Positions 14,801-28,304 of a stretch of DNA of 64,000 nucleotides are shown piece by piece. The stretch's first letter is position 1, and the number at the start of each line of letters is the position of its first letter. The notes under the pieces were generated by a model, which searched no databases, had not been told where the DNA came from, and worked only from the letters and a program-made list of their open reading frames with translations. Source of the stretch: Saccostrea echinata (lineage: Eukaryota); the NCBI RefSeq assembly GCF_033153115.1, contig NW_026889803.1, positions 11,780,001-11,844,000 on the forward strand, in the 5' to 3' direction. Both the position numbers and the translations under genes were made by a program.

Positions 14801-15565
14801 CAAAAATAAAACAGTTAGATGATGGCGTGACATTGATCTGAAAAGTTGGCAATGTTTTGCTGAATGCCAAATCCTTTGTCCGAACTGATGTAAAACATGT
14901 ATCTATATAAGAAAAGGTTTTACTTTGTTGTATGGATACTAGCTGTAAAGCTCATTGATACCTAACTATCTTCAGCTAAATTCCGATCTAAATTTTCGAT
15001 ACAAACTGTATTCGGAAATTTTCCAAAAATTACTTTTCCTATGTGGCGGTACTGAAATGATTTCCACATTGCTCATATTAAGACTCAATATTAAATAATC
15101 AAAATGTGTAATGTTTGAAATCGTGTTTCAGAATGACAGACTTGGGAATACCACGAAGAAGTACGGAACAGAAAGTTTTCTTTGGTCAGACTTATGGAAT
15201 GTCCGACTTCGTATCCCTGTCTTTGGGTAAAGTATTCATAACAGACAAAAGAATTTACACATACAATATTCACTGTATGTTTGATTAAAAAAGCATAGAT
15301 TGCATTAAATATGAAACTATCCTTAATTTCAAGTCATAGTCCCAAAGGCTATGTATTAAATTTAGATACGAAATTTGCTTTTCTTTTCCTATCAGGTCAG
15401 ACTGGCTATATGATCCACAAATCAATACCTTATGGCACTGTTGATGAAGTTCTTCCCTATCTGTCCCGAAGGGTTAATGAAAATAGTTCCATTTTCGGTG
15501 GAATGAGACGAGAACGCAGTATCATCCGAAGAGCCCTTGCAGATCGTGTTCTGTCAAAAACGTGA
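11891..15565 (+). CDS. PRODH2: Mitochondrial proline/hydroxyproline dehydrogenase (PRODH2-like), copy 2, ~477 aa
   Basis: Exons 11891-12145, 12785-12975, 13176-13305, 13593-13679, 13819-13899, 13972-14118, 14196-14473, 15132-15226, 15396-15565. Exons 2-9 have exactly the same lengths as in copy 1 and the same catalytic motifs (GQTYGM instead of GQLYGM; RRVNEN). Confidence 0.9.
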
Positions 15566-16489
15566 ACTCATAGTGAACAAATCCGAAGGACACATCGTGT
15601 GCTGTCACAAACTTAAACTCATGGTGATCACTCTATTAGCAATACTTTTAACTGCATTTTTTACTTGAGATTGATCTAGATATGTAATGATTTGATCAAT
15701 AAAGAATTTTGCATTGCTCTCCTAGGGAGTTCTTTCGTTTTATAAACACGAAAACACAAAGACTGTGCTGCAATATACTTCTCTTTGTTTCCGGTCCATT
15801 ATTATATATATATTTTTAAAATTAACCTTTGAATTTTTATTAACCATTATTATTTGGAAAATTTGCGTTTGTGTAATTTAGAATAAGGCTTTAACCGAAA
15901 ATCTATTGACTGTGCATGTAAATGATATGCAGAATGTCGAACACTACAGACACAATTACAAAAGGAAATTATCAGATTACAAAAGCATGTATTTGTCCAT
16001 GTCTATTTCAAATTCTTTCATCAGGTATTCAATTACAAAGACAAGATCCTTTCCTAATTCAGCTTTTTGCATGTTTTGACTAGTGAATTTACCACATGAA
16101 ATTTACCAAAAATATAACCAACTAATCGTAAAAAGGCAAAATTCTCTCAATTTTGAAATACTTTAACTGGGGGAGGGGGCTGGGGAGGAAAGGGATCGCC
16201 GAAGCTTTCCTAAATTTTTCCAAAAACAATAGCTCCTATATGAGACTCATCGTAATCTTAACAGCAGAAAACTCTAGATACATGCACAGATGTATGTCAA
16301 TTAATTGCATTTAGCCTCACCACATTTATTTCCTTTCACTCAGGCAAAAAATAGCTTAAGTAACTAATAATAGATTCCTCACCCAAAAACTACTTTTTTC
16401 TGATGATAAATGGTCTGCTTGGAATTTTTAAATATAAAAGGGAGGGGAAAATAGCATCACCCAGATTTAAAGCATTTTTTCAGAGTTTT

Positions 16490-17276
16490 ACATTTACAAA
16501 AGTATGAAACTTGATTTTTTTCTAAACTTGTACCAAGTTCAGTTGCTATCAAATCAGAAATTGTAGGAGGAGTGTCATTTTGAAAGATTTTCACATTTCC
16601 TCAGTAGCTACATGTATGGTAACACTGACGACTAAAATTATGTGTCTTAGTTTGCATCATTGTTCTTTTTTGTTTTTTGTTTAGTATGGTGTAATACATT
16701 TCTGTTCCACGTTTCATTGAAATTAGAATCTGTAAGAGGGATAGGGTTTTAAAAGAATTTTACAGAAATTTCTATATTTGGAGCTATTGCAACACCATTA
16801 GATGGAATCATAAACCGTTACACTGAATTGTATCTTAGTGTTTAGTCTACATCCTCATCTTATGTACCAGGATTTATTGAAATCAGACCAAAACAGGAGC
16901 GTTTTGAAAGAATTTCACAGAAATTTTCTTTATCAACAATAGCAACAAAATTCTTCTAATTCAAAGATCGATTCAAGAACTGTGTATACATTAGTTCAGT
17001 CTTTGTATCAAGTTTTACTGAAATCGGACCAAAAATTCCGGGAAATTAGAGTTTTGAAAGAATTTCACAGAAATTTTTGCTTAGTTAATATGACTTCACT
17101 GTTCTACAACATCAAAAAACTTATTTTAAAAAATTACGTAGCTTAGTGTAGTCTACTTGTGTACGAATTTTTTTTTTTACAAATACAAGCAAGACGCAAA
17201 CTGTAGGAGGAAAGACGGGAGGCGACATTTTGCAACCGTATAAGCTCTTCTAGACTTTGATTAGTAAAGCTAAAAA
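16490..17276 (+). repeat. Degenerate ~140-175 bp tandem units, probably the interior of an old Helentron-type element
   Basis: Recurring TGTACCAAGTT..AAATC..GTAGGAGGAG..TTTTGAAAGAATTTCACAG blocks near 16530, 16705, 16865, 17005, 17160; ends in AAAGCTAAAAA. Confidence 0.45.
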
Positions 17277-17449
17277 TGAAATTCCTACAATTTAAAATTA
17301 CACTTCACGAAACAAACACAAGAAATATCATTGTTAATGTTACTATAATGTAGTTGTGTATGTGTTTAGGTGATACTGAGTAAATGTATAATTAACAGTT
17401 AAGCATTATTAGTGATCAAGGTAAGTTTTTAATCGGTATAAAAATAATT

Positions 17450-20400
17450 TCATTCTGGTTCAATATTTTCACAAAATGTAATGCTAAAACCTTCTCGACT
17501 TAATATGTCAATGACAGGTTTTAGATCCTCACAAACGATTAATTTTGATTTATCGTCTTCCTCTGTTTTGTCACTTTCGTACAGCTTTCTTTGCCCTGGA
17601 GGTGGAATATATTTTCCAAGAAGTACTCCGATGATGTCTATCATGTTTAACTCAGTGTCATACCCATTTCTTATGACATACGCAGCACTATCCCCACATT
17701 CTGAAAAGTCACCATCCATTCCTTCAATGAAAAAAACTGTATATGTGCAATTATTTGTATGATCATTGCAATGTTCTATACCTTTAATAATGCCGTCCGT
17801 CCAGCGAGTCCTTGCACCCTTTTTATGAACAATTTCATACATCAGTTTATCTGACTCATGTTCATACAGTCTTGCAGACACCTTCTCTTCGCTAGGATTT
17901 CTAAAAACTTGATCAAAATTATCATAGAGCTTGCGATTGGTTAGAACGAGAGAAAGATCTCTTGGATGAAAATTTCTAGTACATACTCCGACTTGTCGCA
18001 CACATTGGTTTTCTTGAAATCTAGCATACATGTATTCCTTTGGCTGGTACACGTGATTGCAGCTAAATACAACAAGATTATCTTTTTCTCCCATTTTCTT
18101 CATCTTAGCAAAACCTCCAACTGTTCCTTGGTGTTCCCTTTGCATGACTGTACCACTTGTATCGTTTTCCTGACGACGGAATGATAAACATACATCACCT
18201 TGCTTAACAAATGAATGTGGCTTTACATCCCATTCTCCGGGCGTGGAGATCAATTCGGTCTTCCAGGTAAATTCGCCGCTATTTCGAACTATTTGCAACT
18301 CCTGCCAAATATTGTCTATCACCTTTTCGCAAGTTTTTTCATGTACATGTATCTGAAACTTGTCCATATAAAAGCCGTAACTAACTATGGATTGTTTGTG
18401 CCTGAAATAAACATGCAAAATGAGAGTTTAATAAACTGAATCGCTCAATTTCTCATATCATCAGATGTGTAATTCATTTCGAAAAGTGACAATTCATTCT
18501 TCTGACATAAAAAGTAAAACGTACTTACTGATCCAGGACCATCTTCATCATTTTAGGGATGACTCGACTCGGTTTTATTTCGGATTTCCTTTTTCCAGAC
18601 GTGTACTTACGTCGATTTAGTCTCTTACAGATTGCATTCTTTTGAATCAATAGCGATCTGTTTATGGATAAGTTTTTCCGAGTTTTTGCTATCTTTTCAA
18701 TAAAGCTCAGCAATTTTTCTTCCAGGAGTGACGTAACAGCCTCACGCACATCCTCTTTTTTATTTGACACTTGTACTAATTGTACATTTTTAACAGATAT
18801 TTCTTCACTTAATATCTTACATCTAGGATCAGTCACCAGTAAGACCACCTGCGAAATACCATCACGATGTTTCGCTAAAACAGGCAAAGTTCTTCGCAGC
18901 TAGAAAAAGAAACGTAAAATTCAGAATCATTGTAAATAATCAGCTTTTATTTGCGGAAGAAAGTTTGTATATATTTCATTTACTTTTTCGACATTTTCAG
19001 ATGATGTGGAGCCTTCTTCTGAAGTCATAAAACAAACGATGCATATCGGAAAATGGTCCTCAAGACTTTTTTCAAATGTTGATTCTTCGATGGCTGTTAA
19101 TAATACGAAATGTTTACTTTAATAAATACACCGTTAATCTTTAAACATCACTGTAACGATTTTAAAATAATTGTCTTTAAGAAATATGCTAGTTACCTTC
19201 CTCACTGTAAAAACGTTTATGTGAGAGCAAGTCGATATTGTTTTTAGAAATTATTCCGCGTGTCATAATTAGTGGGAATGACCAATACGTGTCGTCACTG
19301 GTATCAATGTCCCCTTGTTTTGAAGATTTATCTATATCTGCCACCCTTTCGAGTAGTTTTCGTATCAAAGACACATGGTAATCATAACGTGGGAAGTCTT
19401 GTGAATCATAGCAGAGGAAGACTGAAAAGAAAAAAAAATTAACATTGAATATTTTATGGACAAATATGCATATTTTATCACCCTGGAGCTACTTTTAAGT
19501 AGAAAATCAATTGCAGTGCTTACTTGCATCAGTGAAATCCCAGTTTTCAACGGCAAACAATTCTGCTTCAATATTTGACCAATCTGCATATTCTTTAAGT
19601 CGAAATGAGAATGTTTTAGGAAATTCTTCACTTATATTCCTATCAAGATAGAACCGCAGAGCTGATTTTAATTCCAACATTTCTTTCTTGTTTTTCCACG
19701 TGAGAAAACTTTTGAAAAACCCTTTAAAATCATCCAATTTTGAAAGAAAATAAAATGCCATAGATTCCCTCTCAAATTTTTCAGCGGATTTTTCACATGG
19801 ATAAATTGAAGAAGATAATATGTATAGCTGCATAAAAAGCTTTGACAGAAATTCAGAATCTTTCATTAAAGGGGACTTTTCAAGTATATCTTTATCAATT
19901 CCACATAACCCACAGGCTATCCTCTGTATGATCGCAAGGTGATATTGTTCATCTATTACTAGTTGTCTTTCTGCTTTACTGCCTTGTCCAAGTTCTGCAA
20001 ATGTCACTAAGGCCGACACACTGATATTGTCCAAGAGCAAGCCAGGGTCATGAGAAAGGAGCCATTTCAGAGCTGGTAACCGCAGATGGTTTTCCAAAGA
20101 CAATGACATCCATTTCAAATGCTTCATAATGTCTTCCTCTGATTGAAAAAATGAATCGCTACATGAAGAATGTTTCGGAATTTTTCGCATATTTCTCAAA
20201 CAAAGGATATTATTCATTGCGCGTTTTTTATCTTGACTTTCCAAACCAAGAGTATCACATTCCCCTACAACCATAGCAACACTGCATATCCTACAGAATA
20301 CTTCAAAATCAGTTTCCACTATCTTTTTGAGCACTTCATCAAAGTAATAATCTGGGGTTTGAAACTCCTTCGTGTACCCTACATTCCATCTCTGAAGCAT

Positions 20401-21665
20401 TGAGCAAAACAAAGGGAATCCCATACTTACATCATATGGATTTTGGGTAATTCCGTATCGCGTCCTCAATTTCACTTGGTCCATTGAATTCCACTGTATT
20501 TTGTAGTAGAACATGTCTAAATTTTTTATCGGATGACTTGACGTAGAGTTCAGAGTAACTATAACAAATCTTTTCTTTTGTTGTTCATCGCATGCATCCT
20601 GTATAACTTTGATCCAGTTTGGATCAGAGAGATCAACATTATCAAGGATTATGTAAGTTTTGTCATGGTTCTTTTCCCATTGTGAAGGATGGGTAATGAA
20701 AGCTATATTTTCTGCATTTGCACAGTTATGCATGACAATAACTGCACAATGCGTCTTTCCACTGCCTCGACACCCTTGTATGGACATACATCTATGTTGG
20801 TACAATATACTTCTAATATCTTCAAAAAGAGAAATTTCTACGTGATGAGAATAAAAGTGCTGAACTATGGATGTCCAAGGTATCTGAAATATGTATTTAA
20901 AATACTGAGAAAGTAGCAAGAAATGCATTTATATACTCCTATTTATTACAATATTTTAGGCTGTAATTTTTCTTCATTTTCACAAACTTATGAACCCATT
21001 TATATATGATTATTAATAAATGGGAAAACTTGAAAGATAAAATATCTATCTGTTTGTATTAAAACCGAAAGAGAAAAGAAAAGGAAAAATTCTGTAGGTT
21101 TCAAGATTATACAGGTCATCTGCGAGAACACCTCCGGACACTTTTTATCTGTTTACATGTCAACGGTGGCCATTTTGAAAATTTAAATTGTTGACTGCAC
21201 AACTAGGGTTGCTGAGCATCATTTAAGTTTCATTAAGATTGTCCAAGTCATATCCGAGAAAATGCTCGGACAAAATTATAGGTCTAGCAATAACAATACA
21301 TGTCGTCCCGACTACGTTCGGGATGACATAAATATATAAACGATTACATACAACCTTCTAGTAAAATATCATATTGAAAAAAATCAAACTAATGTTGCAT
21401 ATGTACAAAGAAAATCCATTACACCGAAAAAGATTATGAATCTGAATGCAAATTTTTAAAGAGGATAAAATGGCGGCCTTGTAATCTTCGTCCGGGTTGG
21501 CGATAAAGTACACGTTATATACGAATATAGTCAGATTAAGACAAAAAAAATAAATACTTTTCTTAATCCAAAGATAGAATATTCATTCTTAAGTATTATA
21601 AATATAATCTAAAATCACAGGAAAGATGATAAAACCTTGATTACCTGTTCATTTGATTCTTCCAT
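17450..21665 (-). CDS. STAND (nSTAND3-like) P-loop NTPase fused to a C-terminal trypsin-like serine protease, ~1012 aa
   Basis: Exons (minus) 21665-21645 (MEESNEQ, tentative), 20883-19524, 19421-19197, 19093-18984, 18899-18529, 18401-17450; 3039 nt in one open frame. Walker A GCRGSGKT, Walker B YIILDN, sensor strand FVIVT, STAND GxP motif GFPLFC. Protease motifs GTVGGF, SCNHV, RDLSLV, KKGARTRWTDG, GDSAA, IIGVLLG. Confidence 0.8.
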
Positions 21666-22962
21666 CTTCTTGTTTATTTACCTTGCTGGCACGTCACTAT
21701 TTCCCGTGACTGCATTGATTATTTTATATTTAAATTTAGCTCTGGGTATTTCCACTGTTGCAATACATAGTAAACAAGCGAAAATAAAATAAAATCTCTG
21801 ATAGCAAAATGAAACGTAGATCTTTATTTCTGATATGAAAAGTCACAGATTATATCGCACGGCGTCCAATATAAAAATGTGCAGTGATCTTCCTATTGTT
21901 ATAGTCCTCCAATGTTTCATATAATCCTTCAAAACCATTGTGGGCATTAAATAAGATTTTTTATTGTAAAATTATTATTTTAAAATTAAGGAAACATCAA
22001 TATACATGATATGTAGATGGTAAATAATAACATACTTATTTATGTATGTTCGTGTAAAATGTTACATTTAACGTTTAAATCTTAATTAAAACTTTCTTTA
22101 AGTTTGAATAAAGATTCTTCTGATGTAACTCAGTTCAATATTCATTTTACATTACATTTTAAAAAAAAAAACCCTTATAATCACAGAGATTATCACGTAC
22201 CATAATACTGCCCATCCTTCATGATAACATAACGATGAACTAATATTTCCATTACCTTGAGTTTCAGTAATAAAATAACAAATTCAATAAAGTTTAATTG
22301 TGTACACCCTTTTCAATCATGGATGTAGGAGCATTTTTAAAAACTTTTTATTAGAGGCATTTATGTATTGCAATATGAAAATATCAAACCTCTTTTTTTT
22401 TTTTTAATGAATCTTCATTAATTAAAGGGATAACACTGTGAATGGCATGGGTTTAGTAAAGGCTTTGTCTTAAGTCTTGAATATTTAAAATTTTTACTTC
22501 TCTGAATCTTTGAAAGTCACACTTTGAATTATTTCAATAGTCATGTTTGTTTAAAGCGTAAAATGATAATAGATTGAAATTGAATCCTCAAAGCCACATA
22601 AGTTAAAGGGGAAGATATCTTTTCTCTGGTACCAGAGCATCAGTAGTACCAACAAAATATTCACGGTATAAAGATTAAACATGAGGAATTTAACGATGAT
22701 ATTTTAAGACATTCAACACACAGCTGTTCTGTACGGAACATCGATGATCAGACCTCAAATTACACCAAATCTTTCACCTTTGTGAAAAATACCTGCACCA
22801 ATCTGCCAATCAAAACAAGTCAGATGAACCGAAATCTTGTAGATTCGTCATAAAGATGTGATCAGCAGATCAAACACTGAATAAAAAAACTCCTTAGACA
22901 TTGTTGCGTCATCTGTTAACATTGTCTGGACAGTTTTTGAACATGTCATTATTCACACAAAA

Positions 22963-23060
22963 CCGGAAATGGACGGGGGAAGTGCAGTGATATATAATTG
23001 AGAGGCATGTTAGGGACACTGCACCGTGCAGGTCTCCCTGGGTCACAAAACAGAAAGAGA
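22963..23060 (+). promoter_or_regulatory. Core promoter and non-coding exon 1 of the 309-aa Met-rich gene
   Basis: CCGGAAAT 22963-22970, TATATAA 22991-22997, splice donor GTAAGT at 23061. Confidence 0.6.
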
Positions 23061-23326
23061 GTAAGTAATAAGGCACCTGACAAGAATGGCCAAGTTATAA
23101 ATCTTAATTAAATCTATAATTATGTTCACAGAATTCAGTTATGATTTGAAAAGAACCTTAAATGATGCCTTCATTTATTAGATATGCAGGAAAACTATAT
23201 CTATTTAATTTCATAATCTTATCTGTTTAATTTCAATAATTTTATATTAAAATAAATCTATAAATAAAATCTTTAAAAAATTATTTCTATCATTTATTCA
23301 CAATGTATTTTTTTTTTCAGTTGACC

Positions 23327-24952
23327 ATGCATGTCGTTGGTATATTCGCCTTTCTTTGTTTTGCTGGGGCAAATGGCCTAGTGATACGTAAGTCTTAAGT
23401 CAGATAACACTTAAATATACAAGTAAGTTATTTCCAAATTGTATTTGAAAGATATTTATTTGAAAACTGATTTGAAAAGCAGCATTTTTGAAAACTGTGA
23501 TTACTGAACAATTCTTATTGATAACTGTAACATAAAAATAGAAACAGTTTTGAGAAAGAAATTTTCTCATAGGTCTCCTTAATACCTTTTGTTAAAAAGC
23601 TAGAGCATTTAAGCAAACCCAGGTTATTAAATATATCGTTTAGTGAGATTCTTATGAATTACTAAGTATTGATAGACTATATTTATTGTGTTTGATACGA
23701 AAAAGGAATTGAAAGAAAAGACATTAAGAAACATGAACATATATAAATATTTACAATTTCTTTTATTATTCTTCAACTAAATTAACATATAAATTTCTAA
23801 GATCCAAATGGCCAAGGAACCCCCACAACTGTCGTTAAGTCCCTGAATGGGGAAACAGTTATGCAATCCGGACCTCCAATCACCCATCCAGAGCAATCCA
23901 GACAAAATGAGAACCAATTCGTCAGAGACCCAACCATATTTAATCCTAAGAGATCCAGACTTAATTCAATTCAAACTGATCCAACGAATGCAATGATGAA
24001 CAACATGGTTCGAATGATGAACCCAATGGCACCTGAGACTATTCGACAGGAACAAAAGCCTTCCATGTCTGACAGGTCAAAGATGATGATGAATATGATA
24101 AAAAATATGCCTAACATGGCAAGTGTGATGGGAGATAGAACAGCAATGGCCGATCTTATGAATGCGATGTCATCAGCATCTGAGATAATGGCCAAAATGC
24201 AGAACAATATGAAAATGAATCAAGCCAGAAAATCTAATGTGCAGTCTCCGTATGAAACAGACTACTATATGCCCATCATGACGAATAAGATGACAAATAT
24301 GCCCACAATGGTTTCTAATGACATGATGAAAAATGCACCCTTCATGCCTCCTGCTTCTGAAATGATGGGAAATATGCCCTCCATGCCCCCTGCTGCTGAA
24401 ATGATGACAAATGTTCCCTCCATGCCCTCTGCTGCTGAAATGATGACAAATGTGCCCTCCATGCCCTCTGCTGCTGAAAAGATGACAATTATATCCTCTA
24501 TGCCCCCTGCTGCTGAAATGATGACGAATATGCCTTCCATGCCCAATATGCCTCCTGCTGCTGAAATGATAATGCAAAAGGGCCAAATGTCTGATATTAT
24601 GTCTAAAGTATCCCAAGTACCTTTCGGTATTAAAATGATGGGATTCAGTCCACAACAACGCAGTAAGTACAACTACTTCTGTTTGTGATAATTCTTGTAT
24701 ATATTTTTTTCTAATTTGATTGTTGTAGATCAAATAATATCGGCATAATATTCAATATAATTTACACAAATTGAACACTAGTATATAATTATAGCCTTGT
24801 GACAAACAATTCTTACAAATCATTATCGAAAGCTTAAAGACAATGATTCCGTCATCTGAGCGTTAAGATAGTAGGGAAATCACACAGATAATCTTCATTT
24901 TTATATTAATGTTGTTTACATCTTAGTTTTTTCCTCTATTTCAGGATATTAA
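23327..24952 (+). CDS. Secreted Met/Pro-rich repeat protein, ~309 aa
   Basis: Exons 23327-23387 (signal peptide MHVVGIFAFLCFAGANG), 23802-24662, 24945-24952 (ends QQRRY*). About six 13-aa repeats MP(P/S)AAEMMTN(V/M)PS at ~24343-24570. Confidence 0.8.
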
Positions 24953-25546
24953 GATGCTAGAATTATATTGTCCACATGCTACATGTATCTATTCACTGAA
25001 AACAGCCTGGATATTTTTCAATTCTTATTTTCTGTTTTTGCAATTTTATCTACATGATTATACTTAAAGATGTGTTACAAAGAAAACAGAGTAATTCAAT
25101 ATCTGACATGTCTTTTTACCATTTCCAATTGTATTACTTGTAACATCCCGATCTGAGACGATTCATACTGTAAATGTATAAAAATGTATAATAACATTCT
25201 AACTCGATATTTTCATTCAAACATTAAAACACCTTAAAATTCTAGGAAAACTTATTCGTATCTGATTTTTTCTTCTTCTTTTTTTTGTTTTTGTTTTTTT
25301 TTTTTTTGTTTTTTTTTTGTTTTTTGTTTTGTTTTGCTTTTTAATGTAATGTCAGAGTGTTCAAGGAGAGAAGCTATTTCATAAATCACATTGTAAACTG
25401 ACATACAGACATATATATATTTAATGTGTATTTATAAAGAGAAAAGAACTACTACAATTAATAGTAAGAAAGTTAAACTTCAAAATTATCATAATTACAT
25501 CAATTTCGTTTGACATCATATTTCAGGTAAAGAAATCAAAAACTTT

Positions 25547-26296
25547 TAGGGATGGTAATCGAATAGAGAATTGGCAATCGGTTAACTACAAGACGTTCCG
25601 ATCGATTAACCGGTTAATCGTATCAAAATACTTCTTGAAATTTTTAAGTAAGCTATATTCCTCTATTGAAGTAAGTTCTTTTCGTATATACAAGCAGACT
25701 GAAAAAGAAGTTAACTTAGTATCATTCTATTTATGCTTGATTCAAAAAACACTATAAATATTTCATTTAAATTTCAGTGGACAAGAAATTATTTTTAGAA
25801 TGCTGTGAAACATGCCTGAGATATCAGAGACATTGACAATTTTTCAGACCAGATGTTACACAAGTTCATTCTGCATTGTGACCAAAAATCAAATCAAGTC
25901 TTACATCACTAAGATTTACAATGCTTGTTTAATATAATTTCGTAGACAACTGCATAGGAAAGATTGGTTAAGATACACATTTTAATCTGTTCACAGTAAT
26001 CGTTGGTGATTTAATTAATATCATTCAAGAAATACAGGACAGACTGGGTAACGAAATGGTTTTCAACATTATCAATTACTTCAAAATCTGACCAGTTACC
26101 CACATGATTTTAATTACCTCCGAATTTATGTCAACATCAACATATCAAAGGGTTTTTTAAAGTTAAAATTGAATTTTATGGAAATTGCGTTCAACTTTAA
26201 ACATTTTTTTTTCAACAAACCGATTACAGATTTTCCAACCGATTACCATTGTGTCGACCGAGTAACCGGTTAACCGATTATAGATTGCCATCCCTA
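25547..26296. mobile_element. hAT-like MITE
   Basis: TIR TAGGGATGGTAATC / GATTGCCATCCCTA; subterminal AACCGGTTAA and AACCGATT repeats; only an imperfect TSD (AAACTTTT/ATACTTTT). Confidence 0.7.
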
Positions 26297-26610
26297 ATAC
26301 TTTTAAAATCTTTCACTGGAAAGTTTGAAACGGCCACCATAATTGAATGCGCATAGCGAGAAAGTGTTTCTTTCTTTTGAGACTTTTTAATATCTCTAGA
26401 ATCAGAGACCTGCAATAGAAAAAGATGAAATCTCCCAAAGCATGCTTTATACAGATGATTTCAAAATTTCAAAGCAAAGAGAAAAAAAATTCATATGAAT
26501 CTTTTGCATACCATAGTCTGTTGAAGAGAAGTAAGAAAAAATGGCTGTTAAAACATTTGACTTTATTGATATTGTTTGCAGAACAATAAAGTGAAAATGT
26601 TGACTACCAG

Positions 26611-28304
26611 AGGCCCGTTTCACAAAGCTAACTTAGGAATAAGTTATATCTTAAGACAGAACTTTTTCCTAAGTTCATTACTTATCCGTTTCACTTACCT
26701 CGTCTTATCTTAGGATATTCCTAAGTTATGTCGTAACTTTATGACAAGCAAATCAATGACTTAAAAAGATATTAAATATGACGGCTGTAGATACATGAAC
26801 AAGGATTCTTACAGAGAGATACTGTGTGTATTCCTATAAAGAAAAACTCCAAAGGACGACTAGTATATGAATGATTGTGATCCCTTCAGGTTATAACTGC
26901 TTTACTTTGTATGTAATACATGTAGCTAAGAAAGGGATTTTAGAATTGTAAGAGATGTGTCTGTATCACTAGGCAAAATTAACCCAAGGTATATAAAAAC
27001 GTCCATTGATAAAACTGGAACTACAAATTCATTGCTCTTATAGAATGTTTGATTTCTCAAGAATTCGTGGATTTTCCAATGTAACTACGAAATAGACAGT
27101 ACACATGTTGGATTAATTTCCCATCATTTAAAGAGCACGATAAAACTGATTGTATCTTTTCTCCCCTGGGAGGGAGGAGGCGTTGAAGTGCAAGACTTTG
27201 ACTTTTCCCCTCTGTTTCCGTTACAGAATATTAGGTCCCATTGTCCCTTTTTGGGCTGATTTGTCACGGTATAATTATGCATTGAGATGATAGTATATTT
27301 CCTTTTTTCAACTTTTTCTACTACTGTAAATCACTTTTTATTCGAAAGAATTTTGTTTTCGCGAATATTTTATTCATGTGTATACTTTTACTGTAGAGTA
27401 TTATATAATACAATAACCTCAGCTAACGAAAATTTTGTCTCGCTTATTAATGGCAGATAGCTATCTCGAGTAAAAAAGGTGTCGCGAAAATATAGTGATC
27501 TACAGTAGTATTGTTATTTCCACAGTTGCGAATTTGGAATTTCTTTTCTATCGAAAAATTCTTATCTTAAATATGCGAGATAGTCTTACACGGTAAATAT
27601 GCACAACTACATGTAGCATGGAGCACTCATTCGAGAAGAAATGAAAAAGGCCTCTGTTCGATTGCTAGCCCTTCGAAGCAATCGTTTTAAATTTATTCCA
27701 TTTACTAATTAAAACGGTACTAGTAGAAATATATAAAGTAGGGAAAGAATAAAAAAAAAAAAACAATTGCAAAACCTCAGATACCTTATACAGAGCAAAA
27801 TAAAAGGCAAACATATATCAACACAAAGAAATTTTTTTTAAAAATACATGTCTTGTGACCCGGGGGGGGGGGGTCATGTGTTTGTGAGTGTGTGTGGTGT
27901 GTGTGTGAGGGCGTGTGTGCTTATTATTTCAAGCAGGAAACTCGTCAAACTTAAACCATACTTCTGTCCAAGTCTTTTGAATGTGGTGGGTAACCCCTAA
28001 CCTCCCGCCCCTCCCCTTTTCAATAAAGCTGAAATTTTTTTCATTACTTCAAATAACCCGACTCAAACTAAAGATTTTTCTCATACTGACATCCTCCAAA
28101 CAGTATGCTGAGAATTGTAGATAGAATGGAGAAGTTATTTCATTAGTCCGTAAACAACATAAGAACTGTCTTAGGATAAATTTAAGTTAAGAATGTTTTG
28201 TGAAACAGCTGTGGCAAATCTTAGGAACTTCCTAAGTTATAGCTTAGGCATATCTTAAGTTATGTCTTACAACATATCTTAGGAAAACTTTGTGAAACAG
28301 GCCC
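26611..28304 (+). mobile_element. Decayed PIF/Harbinger element
   Basis: TIR GGCCCGTTTCACAAAG / CTTTGTGAAACAGGCC, 3-bp CAG TSD, subterminal CTTAGG/CCTAAG repeats; frameshifted transposase remnant GFSNV..IDSTHV at 27069-27110 (cf. Harbinger IDGTH motif). Confidence 0.7.
27322..27507. mobile_element. Tc1/mariner-type MITE nested in the Harbinger relic
   Basis: TACTGTAAATCACT ... AGTGATCTACAGTA ends, TA-flanked. Confidence 0.65.
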
